From assembly GCA_965247375.1 (NCBI GenBank), contig CBDFHU010000025.1:18974-82973 (forward strand): 64,000 nt of DNA, read 5' to 3'. The notes under the pieces were generated by a model. The model ran no database searches. It saw only the letters and a list, made by a program, of their open reading frames with translations, and was not told the origin of the DNA. Below, piece after piece: positions 37,320-46,322 of the stretch. The DNA is from Arsenicibacter sp. (GTDB lineage: Bacteria; Bacteroidota; Bacteroidia; Cytophagales; Spirosomataceae). The position numbers and the translations under genes are program-made. Every line of letters starts with the position of its first letter. Positions within the stretch are counted from its first letter, which is position 1.

Positions 37320-37724
37320 ATGGAGAGACTTTTGCCTTTGATTTGGGTGGTTGATCAATTGGATAAGGATGCGATTTTCATGCAACAGGCCATGACACGT
37401 ATCGAAAATCCTTGCCAGTTACTCATTTTTCCGGATTGTCTGAGTATACTGGAGCACGTCAGCAGCCTGCACCGGCCACCTCAGTTTATTGTAATTGACT
37501 ATCAGCTGGATGGTATGAACGGGTATGAACTGACGCAGACCTTACGGCTTATCCCGTTTTTAAAGCGGATACCGATCGGCTGGCTCGGCGATGATCTGGT
37601 TATGCCAACTCCTCACGAACTTGAGGAGTTGGGTGTCAGGTGGTGCTGGCCCAAGCCCGGCAATTACCCCGGCTGGCAGAACCTGATTGAGGAGTTTTGC
37701 CGCAAAGCGTCAGGCATATCGTAA
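37320..37724 (+). CDS. Stand-alone atypical response regulator (receiver only)
   Basis: IWVVDQ, FIVIDYQLDGMNGYEL, RIPI, WPKP. Confidence 0.75.
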   Translation: MERLLPLIWVVDQLDKDAIFMQQAMTRIENPCQLLIFPDCLSILEHVSSLHRPPQFIVIDYQLDGMNGYELTQTLRLIPFLKRIPIGWLGDDLVMPTPHELEELGVRWCWPKPGNYPGWQNLIEEFCRKASGIS

Positions 37725-39623
37725 TTACATCCATTCCCAGGCGCTTTGATACCCCTGTATCGTTTCTGCGTATGTAATAAAGTTACTGTAAAAGGGCAGC
37801 ACTGAGAGAGTAGCACTATCCCCGATAATAATCAGCTTTTTGCGGGCACGGGTCATCGCAACATTCATCCGCCGGATGTCTGATAAAAAGCCAATCTCAC
37901 TGTTTGCGTTGCTGCGGGTCATTGAAATATAGACAATATCGCGTTCCTGCCCCTGAAAGCTGTCGATGGTGTTGACGGAAACGGTGTGCCGGTAAGGCTG
38001 TAAATCCGCAGATTGATCCAGTAAATTATTCAGAATACTGATTTGCTGCTTATACGGCGAAATAATGGCAACTGTCGGAAAACGCTCAGGGGGATACGTA
38101 CCGGCCAGACCGGCGGTCAGCTGGGTTAAGTGCCGGAATAGCAAAGCGGCTTCTTCCGGATTGGTTGAACTGGTTCCTTCCTGTTTTTCGTCAAAGCCAC
38201 ATCCGGCAGTATCGATAAACTGCACAGGCTGATCACCTTCCGTAATCAGATGTCCCGCCACCGACGCATGGGCGTTCAGCGCATTTCCATAGAAGACCTG
38301 TCCTGAGTACCGCATAATGTGCTCATGCATGCGGTACTGAACGTTCAGCAGCGAAACGGCTTCCGGGTGGTGTGCCACACATTTTTCGAGCAGTGTGGTT
38401 GCCAGTCCGTTTTGGGCTGTCTCCTGTGATTTGATGGTTGGGGGCAGCTGGCAGTGATCGCCGGCCAGTATTACCTTGTTGGCTTTCAGAACCGGTATCC
38501 AGCAGGCGGGTTCGAGGGCCTGGCCGGCTTCGTCAATGACGACCGTGTCGTAGGTGCGCTGGCGGATAACGTAGTTGTTGGCGCCAACCAGCGTTGCCGT
38601 AATAACCTGTGCCCTGGCGAGAATATCCTCGATGATGTATTGTTCGGTCTGTTCCACATCCTTCATAATCCGGTGTGCTTCATCAAACAGCGCTTTCCGC
38701 TGCTCCCGTTCAGCCTTTCCGAACTGACGCTTGTATTTGTGCGCCATGTTTTTAAACTCATTCGCCTGCTTTTTCGACTTCCGGATGTCTTTCATGTACG
38801 GATGTTCCGCCATTTTCTGGTCCAGGGTCAGGGCCATGAGCCGGTCTGAAACCCGTGCCGGATTGCCGATCCGGACCACGTTAAGCCCCTCGGCATGTAG
38901 CTTGTCACTGAGTAGATCGACAGCGGTATTGCTGGGAGCCACAACCAGCAACTGCGTGTGATCGCGCTGAATATGAGCCTTGATAACCTGCACCAGTGTC
39001 GTGGTTTTGCCGGTGCCCGGCGGGCCGTGAATAATAGCCAGTTCATTGGCGAGCAGGGCTTTATCGACGGCACTGAGCTGGCTGACGTTCAGCTTCGGGA
39101 GGTGGAGCGGTGGGGTTTGTTGCCGGAACGTCGGAGCTTTCTGACCGGTCAGAATCTTGACCAGCGGTTCTTTATCCGACTCAAGGCGTACCTTAGCCAG
39201 TTTGATGGCCTGCTGCATTTCGTCGTAGCTGTTGTCATCAAACAACACTTCGATACCCAGTTTGCCGTCGCGGGCCCAATCGGGGAGTTCATCGGTACGC
39301 AGCGTAAGCCGGACCCGATTGCCGCTCTGGTGCGAGATGGTGCCCTCAACGCGGTCGGCTTTCGGATTATAATTGCTGAACAGCACCGCCGGCACACCGA
39401 AGCGCAGTTGGTGCGGGATGTCCTGATGCGTGGTGCGTTCGGCCTCAATCGTCAGGTAATCGCCGCGGCCGAGTTCCGAGCCACGGATGGCAATCGGATA
39501 CCAGGCCAGTCCGCCGGCACGGCGCTCAATAATGGAAGTCGTTTCGGTTAGCTGCTGATACTGCCGGCGATCTTCGGCCCGCTCGGTCTGAAGAAGGGCA
39601 AGTAGCTGATCAAAATAGTGCAT
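37725..39623 (-). CDS. SF1 helicase, Upf1/IGHMBP2-like (AAA_11/AAA_12)
   Basis: HGPPGTGKTTT, APSNTAVD, IDEAGQ, AGDHCQLPP, QYRMH, DSFQGQE, RRMNVAMTRAR. Confidence 0.92.
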   Translation of the reverse strand: MHYFDQLLALLQTERAEDRRQYQQLTETTSIIERRAGGLAWYPIAIRGSELGRGDYLTIEAERTTHQDIPHQLRFGVPAVLFSNYNPKADRVEGTISHQSGNRVRLTLRTDELPDWARDGKLGIEVLFDDNSYDEMQQAIKLAKVRLESDKEPLVKILTGQKAPTFRQQTPPLHLPKLNVSQLSAVDKALLANELAIIHGPPGTGKTTTLVQVIKAHIQRDHTQLLVVAPSNTAVDLLSDKLHAEGLNVVRIGNPARVSDRLMALTLDQKMAEHPYMKDIRKSKKQANEFKNMAHKYKRQFGKAEREQRKALFDEAHRIMKDVEQTEQYIIEDILARAQVITATLVGANNYVIRQRTYDTVVIDEAGQALEPACWIPVLKANKVILAGDHCQLPPTIKSQETAQNGLATTLLEKCVAHHPEAVSLLNVQYRMHEHIMRYSGQVFYGNALNAHASVAGHLITEGDQPVQFIDTAGCGFDEKQEGTSSTNPEEAALLFRHLTQLTAGLAGTYPPERFPTVAIISPYKQQISILNNLLDQSADLQPYRHTVSVNTIDSFQGQERDIVYISMTRSNANSEIGFLSDIRRMNVAMTRARKKLIIIGDSATLSVLPFYSNFITYAETIQGYQSAWEWM

Positions 39624-39654
39624 GGACAAAGATACGGCAGACTGCGAATTTAAT

Positions 39655-39672
39655 TTTCAATATTTTTTGAAA
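39655..39672. promoter_or_regulatory. Candidate operator of the GbsR/MarR regulator (copy 1)
   Basis: TTTCAA-N6-TTGAAA, overlapping a TTG at -33 spacing for the regulator's own promoter. Confidence 0.6.
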
Positions 39673-39700
39673 GTACAGAAAGTTGCGTTTCATTTGCACC

Positions 39701-40207
39701 ATGACGTTCGACGAAGCAAAGGCAAAATTTGTCCAGACATGGGGTACGCTGGCGACGCAGTGGGGGATCAACCGCACAATGGCACAGATTCATGCCTTAC
39801 TGATGATTTCGCCGGAACCGATTGACACGGATGCCGTAATGGAGCAGCTTCAGATCTCACGGGGTAACGCCAACATGAACCTGCGCGATCTGATGGATTG
39901 GGGGTTGGTATACAAACAACTAAAACCTGGTGACCGGCGGGAATATTATGTGGCCGAGAAGGATGTCTGGAAAATTGCCCGGCAGGTGGCAAAAGAACGC
40001 CGCCGGCGGGAAATTACACCGGTAATAGATGTACTGGAGGAACTGAAAAAAGTGAAGACTGACACGCCCGAAGCGGAAGCGTTCCGGAAGATTGTAGGCG
40101 ATCTGAGCCAGGTTGTCGGATTTGCGGACAATACACTGAATGCGGTGATCAAAGCGGAAGAAAACTGGTTAATGGGGCAGTTTCTGACGTTTTTCCGGAG
40201 CATTTAA
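39701..40207 (+). CDS. GbsR/MarR family transcriptional regulator
   Basis: FVQTWGTLATQWGINRTMAQIHALL, LQISRGNANMNLRDLMDWGLV, GDRREYY. ATG at 39701. Confidence 0.88.
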   Translation: MTFDEAKAKFVQTWGTLATQWGINRTMAQIHALLMISPEPIDTDAVMEQLQISRGNANMNLRDLMDWGLVYKQLKPGDRREYYVAEKDVWKIARQVAKERRRREITPVIDVLEELKKVKTDTPEAEAFRKIVGDLSQVVGFADNTLNAVIKAEENWLMGQFLTFFRSI

Positions 40208-40251
40208 GTGAATAGGGAACAGGCCGGAGGGCCTTCTTTTTGGTAAATAAT

Positions 40252-40269
40252 TTTCAATTATTTCTGAAA
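40252..40269. promoter_or_regulatory. Candidate operator (copy 2)
   Basis: TTTCAA-N6-CTGAAA, 16 nt before the next ATG. Confidence 0.55.
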
Positions 40270-40285
40270 ATACAATAATAAGAAA

Positions 40286-40867
40286 ATGAAAACGCTGTTT
40301 GGATTGCGTGGGATGGCTGGATCGGAGCTTGCGATGTATCTGCGCTGGGTGTTTTTACCGGTCATTGCTCACTGGTTTAGCTGGCTGTTTGCAATGGGAG
40401 GCATTATTGTTTTTCCGATTGCATTCACCATGGCGCAGGTGCTGATACTTATGGTATATTCTGAAACGGTAAAGCCCTGGCGGTGGTTGTGGACATTGCC
40501 ACTAACATTGGGCTGGTGGTTTTTAGCAGGGCCGGTACGCTGCCCGGTTGCGTCCGATCTGGAAGGCTGTTTTTTACGGTCAATCGCCCTGTTTTTTGTG
40601 GTTCAGACAATTAATGCCTTTTTTCTGTTACTGGTCGTCAGGGAAAATCCGTGGCCGGCCATAAACCGTTGGTTTGGTAGTATGATGATCAGCGGAGTTA
40701 CCTGGTTTATCCTGTATTTCATACTGGTGCAGTTTATTTCCGCGGATACGATTTTTCAGCATCAAGGCAATGCGGTATTTCTTATTTTTCCGTTTATCAG
40801 CCTTGTTTCGAATGCGTTGGGCGGATTGTATCTGATTCGTGTCAGGGAGCGGGCCCACGTCTGGTAA
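40286..40867 (+). CDS. Hypothetical integral membrane protein (about 6 TM)
   Basis: Hydrophobic Trp/Phe-rich ORF directly downstream of the regulator. Confidence 0.75.
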   Translation: MKTLFGLRGMAGSELAMYLRWVFLPVIAHWFSWLFAMGGIIVFPIAFTMAQVLILMVYSETVKPWRWLWTLPLTLGWWFLAGPVRCPVASDLEGCFLRSIALFFVVQTINAFFLLLVVRENPWPAINRWFGSMMISGVTWFILYFILVQFISADTIFQHQGNAVFLIFPFISLVSNALGGLYLIRVRERAHVW

Positions 40868-40882
40868 ACCGATTCGCTTGTC

Positions 40883-40934
40883 AGCCAACAGACGCAGAAA
40901 CCCGGCCAAGGCCGGGTTTCTGCGTCTGTTGGCT
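40883..40934. repeat. Long perfect palindrome (25-bp arms, 2-nt centre)
   Basis: AGCCAACAGACGCAGAAACCCGGCC-AA-GGCCGGGTTTCTGCGTCTGTTGGCT. Confidence 0.9.
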
Positions 40935-41166
40935 AGTCATCAAGTTCTTTTTCGTGAAGGACAGCGCACCGGATACCGGTACCTTTAAGGGCATTCAGCA
41001 CATCGGCTGCGTGAAGCGTGCCCGACCGGATGGTCAGGTCATGTCGCTCTGTATGCAGATCAACACTTAACCGGCAATACTGTCCCTGTAAACAAGCCAG
41101 CCCGCACATGGCTTGGTGCAATTGGGAGGCACAGGAAATATTGGTCTGAAAATGAAGTTCACGCAT
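40933..41166 (-). CDS. Small degenerate heavy-metal-associated (HMA-like) protein
   Basis: LHFQTNISCASQ...VDL...LTI...VLNALKGTG follows the pattern of Bacteroidota HMA proteins (FKTNIxCxxC). One-base stop/start overlap with the upstream gene. Confidence 0.55.
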   Translation of the reverse strand: MRELHFQTNISCASQLHQAMCGLACLQGQYCRLSVDLHTERHDLTIRSGTLHAADVLNALKGTGIRCAVLHEKELDD

Positions 41167-41513
41167 CAGTTCTGGTTAGACGGTAACGCTGAAATGAACT
41201 GATCGACGTACAGCTTCCCGACGGCAAAATCGAGCAGCATCCCAAGCCGGGATAAATCGTTTAACGACATCGTCAGGCAACTGTATTCGCTGAGTTGCCA
41301 GAACGGTATGTTCCGGATCTTCGGGTTTTGTCCGCTTGCCACATAATGTTGGTAACAGCTATGCGTATCGTTCACAAATTTGTAGAATTCGGAAAGTGTC
41401 CGGCTGACCGTTATAATGCCGAAGCCGATTGTAATGTGCTGGCAATGAGTGCACAGAAGGACGTACCCGATTTTAGGATCAATGTGCAGGGGCTTAAAGT
41501 TGCAGGGAATCAT
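41166..41513 (-). CDS. Cys-motif hypothetical protein (DUF6686-like)
   Basis: MIPC...GYVLLCTHCQHITIGFG...EFYKF. ATG at 41513. Confidence 0.6.
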   Translation of the reverse strand: MIPCNFKPLHIDPKIGYVLLCTHCQHITIGFGIITVSRTLSEFYKFVNDTHSCYQHYVASGQNPKIRNIPFWQLSEYSCLTMSLNDLSRLGMLLDFAVGKLYVDQFISALPSNQN

Positions 41514-41520
41514 GCTTTTT

Positions 41521-41543
41521 TTATTTAGATTAAATATAAATAA
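41521..41543. promoter_or_regulatory. Fur-box-like palindrome
   Basis: TTATTTAGATT-A-AATATAAATAA (one mismatch), 7 nt upstream of the ATG at 41513. Resembles the Bacteroidota Fur consensus ATTTAGAAT-N-ATTCTAAAT. Confidence 0.65.
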
Positions 41544-41653
41544 TAATACAAAAGAAGCAGATTCTGCATAAGCATACTTACGCAATCGGGATTAATTAGC
41601 GCCGGATAGCGTAACCAATGCGTTGCTTTTATGCTTGTTTAGCTGTCAGACAG

Positions 41654-41697
41654 ACGTTTTCAGCGAAGCCCTCCGGAGAAGGCTTCGCTGAAAACGT
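41654..41697 (-). terminator. Long hairpin after the AKR gene
   Basis: ACGTTTTCAGCGAAGCC-N10-GGCTTCGCTGAAAACGT, 17-bp stem. Confidence 0.65.
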
Positions 41698-42734
41698 TAA
41701 TAAAACGAAGGCGGCGGATTGAGTGTCAGATTCTGGCGCTGATGCCAGTAGGGGTAGATCGGGGCCGTATCACTTGCCTGATCCAGTCGTTTCACCTGTT
41801 CAGTTGTTAGCTTCCAGCCCACAACGCCAAGGTTTTGCTGTAACTGTTCTTCATTCCGGGCACCGATAATGATGCTCGACACAGTTGGCCGTTGCAGTAC
41901 CCAGTTCAGAGCGACCTGGGCTACCGTTTTGCCGGTTTCTTCCGCAACCGCGTCCAGAACGTCCATGATGGTATACAGGCGGTCACTATCGACTACCGCT
42001 GCCGGAATCGGGCTTCCGCCCTGCGCCACCCGGCTATCGGCCGGCATTGGCTGATTACGCCGGTACTTGCCACCCAGCATACCTGCCGCCAGCGGTGACC
42101 AGACAATAGCGCCCACTTTCTGGTCGAGACCCAGCGGCATCAGCTCCCATTCATACTCACGGTTCAGCAGTGAATAGTAAACCTGATGGGCCACATAGCG
42201 GTTCCAGCCGTATTTTTCTGAAACGGCCTGCGATTTCATCAGGTGCCAGCCCGAAAAATTGGAGGCCGCCAGATACCGTATTTTACCGCTTTGTACCAGA
42301 TCATCCAGCGTCCGCAGCGTTTCATCAACGGGCGTAACCCCGTCGAAACCGTGCATGTGGAATAGATCAATGTAGTCAGTGCCGAGGCGTTTCAGACTGC
42401 CTTCGACCTGCCGCAGGAGGTGAAAACGCGAAGAACCCTGATTGTTCGGGCCTTGGCCGAACGTAAATGTTGCCTTAGTCGAAATCAGCAGCCGGTCCCG
42501 TTTGCCGGCAACGGCTTTGCCGAGAATTTCTTCGGACAGCCCCTGCGAGTATACGTCGGCGGTATCAAACAGATTGAGACCGGCATCCAGACAAATGTCT
42601 ACGAGCCGGGTTGCTTCTTCAGCCTGCGTGCTGCCCCAGGCTTTAAAAAATGAATTTCCGCCGCCGAATGTTGCCGTTCCGAAGCTGAGCACCGGAACCT
42701 GTAGGCCGGAGCCGCCTAAGTGTCTGTATTCCAT
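41697..42734 (-). CDS. Aldo/keto reductase
   Basis: MEYRHLGGSGLQVP, FDTADVY, ISTK, TDYIDLFHMH, AASNFSGW, VWSPLAAG, IIGAR. Confidence 0.93.
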   Translation of the reverse strand: MEYRHLGGSGLQVPVLSFGTATFGGGNSFFKAWGSTQAEEATRLVDICLDAGLNLFDTADVYSQGLSEEILGKAVAGKRDRLLISTKATFTFGQGPNNQGSSRFHLLRQVEGSLKRLGTDYIDLFHMHGFDGVTPVDETLRTLDDLVQSGKIRYLAASNFSGWHLMKSQAVSEKYGWNRYVAHQVYYSLLNREYEWELMPLGLDQKVGAIVWSPLAAGMLGGKYRRNQPMPADSRVAQGGSPIPAAVVDSDRLYTIMDVLDAVAEETGKTVAQVALNWVLQRPTVSSIIIGARNEEQLQQNLGVVGWKLTTEQVKRLDQASDTAPIYPYWHQRQNLTLNPPPSFY

Positions 42735-42757
42735 AGCTTTTTTGGAGTTGTATAAAA

Positions 42758-42790
42758 AATGGTGGCACAACCTGTCGCTGTACCACCATT
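42758..42790 (-). terminator. Hairpin (GGTGGCAC family) after mutS2
   Basis: AATGGTGGCACA...TGTACCACCATT preceded by an A-run. Confidence 0.55.
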
Positions 42791-42800
42791 ATATCTGTGT

Positions 42801-45206
42801 TTATCGCATTTGTACGACCGTCACTCCGGCTCCTCCCCGGTCGACGTGTTCGTCGGCCATGCGGGCGACTTCCCTGTACGTCCGCAGGTGATTCCGGACG
42901 AGCGTTCGCAGGATGCCATCGCCCTTGCCATGAACAATCCGGAGTTCCGGGTAACCCAGCATCAGTGCATCGTTCATAAACTGATCCACCACACCGAGGG
43001 CTTCTTCGCCGCGTTTGCCGCGGATGTCGAGGTTAAAGCTGAAGTTCATCATCTTCTCGTTCATGTCGACACCCTGCATCCGTGGTTTGTTCTCTTCGCC
43101 GGTCGCCTCTTTGTAGGCTTTTTTACTGAGCTTTTCGAGGCGGTTCAGCTTGATGTTCGATTTCAGGTCCCCGATACCGATTTCGGCGTCTTTGCCGCGG
43201 ATGGCCAGTACCTGACCGACCGCTGTCTGTCCTTTAATCCGGACGTAGTTGCCAACCTCAATAGATCCTTCCGCCAGTTCATACTCCTCTTTAGGCTTAG
43301 TTTCGGCAATTACTTCCGGTTTCAGTTCTTTAGTCTCAAACTGTTCTAACTGCTGCCTGACGGCTTTAGTCGCTTCCTTTTCGGCCTTGTTTTCCTTGAT
43401 CTCACGGATCGTGTTTTCAATCCGCTGGTTCGCTTCCTGTACCAGTGATTTCGCTTTCTGCTTTGCTTCGTTGATCAGCTGTTTCTGCTCATTTTCCAGA
43501 CGGGTTTTCAGCGCGGTATATTCAGCCAGTTGTTGGGCCACTTTACGCTGATTGATCCCGATCTCCATGTTTTTCTCGGCAAAAACGCGCTTTTCAATAT
43601 CAAGCTCCTTCAACAGCTTTTCGAAACTCACCTGCTGAGAACCCAGCTTATCCTTGGCGCGGTCGATAACCCCTTTCGGCAGGCCGATTTTACGGGCAAT
43701 CTCAAAGGCAAATGAACTGCCGGGCCGGCCCATTTCAAGTTCGTAGAGCGGCTCGAGGTGCTCACCATCGAAACGCATGGCGCCGTTAATGAGGCCATCC
43801 GTTTTGTCTGCGAATACTTTCAGGTTGGTGTAGTGGGTGTTAATGACGCCGTACGCTCCCGACTTGTTGAGGTCTTCCAGAATAGCTTCTGCAATCGCGC
43901 CGCCAAGCCCCGGTTCGGTACCGGTACCGAACTCATCGATCAGGAAGAGCGAACGTTTGTTCGCACCAACCAGGAACTGCTTCATTGCCGTCAGGTGGGA
44001 GCTGTAGGTACTCAGGTCATTTTCAAGAGATTGCTCATCACCGATATCGATAAACAGATTCTGGAATACGCCCATTTCCGAGAAGTCATTCATCGGCACC
44101 AGCAGGCCGCATTGCAGCATAAACTGCACCAGACCAATGGTTTTCAATGCAACGGACTTACCACCGGCATTCGGGCCGGAAATAATCAGAATCCGTTGTT
44201 TTTCATCGAGCCGCACCTGAAGCGGTATTACCTTTTTGCCCTGTTTCTGAAACGAGAGGTGCAGCAACGGGTGTCGGGCCGCCGTCCAGTTAACAAACGG
44301 ACGGTTATGGACCTTCGGCATGCCGGCGTCGAGCTGGTTAGCCAGACGTGCTTTCGCGCGGATGAAATCAATCATCGCCAGAAAGTTAACGGCTTTCTTC
44401 AGGTCTTCCAGATGGGGACGGAGCTGATCGGTCAGTGCCTGTAAAATCCGGAACACTTCCCGGCGCTCTTCATATTCCAGCTCGCGGATTTCGTTGTTGG
44501 CCTCAAATACTTCGGCCGGTTCGAGGTACACTGTCTGCCCGGTTGACGATTCATCGTGGACAAACCCTTTGATTTTCCGCTTGTGCTCGGCCGCTATCGG
44601 GATTACCAGCCGGCCACCGCGCACAGTCAGGCTGAGGTCGTCCGGAATCCATCCATTATGGCGGGCCATACGCAGCATACTATCCAGTTGCTTACGCAGG
44701 TTATTTTGTTCGGCAATGATCTGCCGGCGGATGCGTGCCAGCTCCGGCGAGGCAGAATCACGCACATGCCCGCGGTCATCAATGACGCGTTCGATGGCTT
44801 CGCTGACCGCTTTGTTAACCGTAACCGGTCCCGCCAGCTCCCGCAGAAACGGGTATTCGTTACTTTCCGAACGTTTTTCAAGAAAACGCAGACAATCCTG
44901 AATCGTCCGCAGCGACAGTTTCAGATCAAAAAACTCTTCTTCTGTAAGCGCAAGACCTTCGATGCGGGCCTTTTTCAGCTGCTCCCGTACATCGATGTAG
45001 TTTGACGACGGAAAGTCCGGCTCAAACTGAACAATCTGTTTAAATTCAGCCGTTTGCCGCAGCAGTTTATCGATGAGTTGATGGTTATCCGTGAAGCGGA
45101 TTTTATCTACATAATCCTGTCCCAGCGTGCTGACACAGGATTGCTTCAAAAGTTCGCGTATTTTATCGAAACCTAATTTTTGTTCGAGGGTATTCGGGTA
45201 AAGCAT
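42801..45206 (-). CDS. mutS2: Endonuclease MutS2
   Basis: ISGPNAGGKS, DIGDEQS, STYSSH, DEFGTGT, NTHY, PGSSFAF, and Smr domain LDIRGKR...IVHGKGDG. ATG at 45206. Confidence 0.93.
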   Translation of the reverse strand: MLYPNTLEQKLGFDKIRELLKQSCVSTLGQDYVDKIRFTDNHQLIDKLLRQTAEFKQIVQFEPDFPSSNYIDVREQLKKARIEGLALTEEEFFDLKLSLRTIQDCLRFLEKRSESNEYPFLRELAGPVTVNKAVSEAIERVIDDRGHVRDSASPELARIRRQIIAEQNNLRKQLDSMLRMARHNGWIPDDLSLTVRGGRLVIPIAAEHKRKIKGFVHDESSTGQTVYLEPAEVFEANNEIRELEYEERREVFRILQALTDQLRPHLEDLKKAVNFLAMIDFIRAKARLANQLDAGMPKVHNRPFVNWTAARHPLLHLSFQKQGKKVIPLQVRLDEKQRILIISGPNAGGKSVALKTIGLVQFMLQCGLLVPMNDFSEMGVFQNLFIDIGDEQSLENDLSTYSSHLTAMKQFLVGANKRSLFLIDEFGTGTEPGLGGAIAEAILEDLNKSGAYGVINTHYTNLKVFADKTDGLINGAMRFDGEHLEPLYELEMGRPGSSFAFEIARKIGLPKGVIDRAKDKLGSQQVSFEKLLKELDIEKRVFAEKNMEIGINQRKVAQQLAEYTALKTRLENEQKQLINEAKQKAKSLVQEANQRIENTIREIKENKAEKEATKAVRQQLEQFETKELKPEVIAETKPKEEYELAEGSIEVGNYVRIKGQTAVGQVLAIRGKDAEIGIGDLKSNIKLNRLEKLSKKAYKEATGEENKPRMQGVDMNEKMMNFSFNLDIRGKRGEEALGVVDQFMNDALMLGYPELRIVHGKGDGILRTLVRNHLRTYREVARMADEHVDRGGAGVTVVQMR

Positions 45207-45377
45207 TCGTAATGAATGAACAATTAAAGTGGAAAGGGGTGTATACAGTCCACGCCCTGTATGAAAACAGAAATAATCCGGATGTGGTTCGGTTCTCAGA
45301 GACGCCGGCAGCAATCGTCACGGTAAACTGAATCTGCCTTTAATTCGTTTTCAACAAAAAGGTAACCCCTACGAGTC

Positions 45378-46226
45378 ATGAAACTCATCGAGTGCCCGCG
45401 GGATGCCATGCAGGGTCTGGCACATACCGTTCCTGCAACCCTGAAAATTGAGTACCTGAACACACTGCTGCAGGTTGGGTTTGATACCCTTGACTTCGGC
45501 AGTTTTGTCTCCCCGAAAGCTGTTCCGCAGATGGCCGATACGGCCGATGTACTGGCCGGCCTTGACCTGTCGTCGACCGCAACGAAGCTGCTGGCTATTG
45601 TGGCTAACCTGCGCGGGGCAGAACAGGCATTGCATTCGTCGGGGGTACATTATCTCGGTTTCCCGTTGTCGGTCTCCGAAACCTTTCAGCAGCGCAATAC
45701 CAATAAGTCCATCGCACAGGCGCTGACTGAGGTGGCGGCGATGCAGAAGCTGTGTACGGAAGCGCAGAAAGAATTGGTCATTTATCTGTCGATGGGCTTC
45801 GGAAATCCATACGGTGATCCGTACAGTCCGGAGGTGGTCAGCCTGTTTACGGAGCAGCTGACAGATCTGGGTATCCGTATCATTGCGCCGTCGGATACGG
45901 TCGGCAGTGCAACGCCGGAAGCGATAGAACGTTTATTTTCCCACCTGATAACGCAGCATCCGGCGGTGGAGTTCGGAGCGCACCTGCACGCGCTGCCCGG
46001 CGAAGCGGAGGCAAAAGTAGAGGCCGTTATCCGGTCCGGTATCCGGCGGATTGACGGCGCGTTGCGGGGATTCGGCGGTTGCCCGATGGCAGCCGACGAC
46101 CTGACGGGGAACCTGCCGACAGAAGGCATTTTGCCGGTACTGCAACAATATAACCTGCTCCCTGACCTGAATATGACAGCTTTCAGGAAAGCGATGACGA
46201 TATCCCGCGACGTTTTCGGCTACTGA
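45378..46226 (+). CDS. Hydroxymethylglutaryl-CoA lyase family protein
   Basis: ECPRDAMQG, GSFVSPKAVPQMAD, SDTVG, HLH, GFGGCPMA...GNLPTE. Confidence 0.85.
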   Translation: MKLIECPRDAMQGLAHTVPATLKIEYLNTLLQVGFDTLDFGSFVSPKAVPQMADTADVLAGLDLSSTATKLLAIVANLRGAEQALHSSGVHYLGFPLSVSETFQQRNTNKSIAQALTEVAAMQKLCTEAQKELVIYLSMGFGNPYGDPYSPEVVSLFTEQLTDLGIRIIAPSDTVGSATPEAIERLFSHLITQHPAVEFGAHLHALPGEAEAKVEAVIRSGIRRIDGALRGFGGCPMAADDLTGNLPTEGILPVLQQYNLLPDLNMTAFRKAMTISRDVFGY

Positions 46227-46249
46227 AAAGCGGGGCAGAAAGTAAAAAA

Positions 46250-46300
46250 GACAGGTTCAGATGCCTGACAGGATCGTTCTGTTAAGCATCTAATCCTGTC
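46250..46300. repeat. Imperfect long inverted repeat with GACAGG units
   Basis: GACAGG-ttc-AGATGC-c-TGACAGGA...TCTGTTA-a-GCATCT-aat-CCTGTC between convergent genes. Confidence 0.6.
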
Positions 46301-46322
46301 AGAAAGAATCACCTTAAAAAAA

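Noticed and set aside
37725-39623. SF1 helicase as an anti-phage module
   Set aside because: No fused or adjacent nuclease and no defence-island context. It looks like the ordinary Upf1/IGHMBP2-like helicase.
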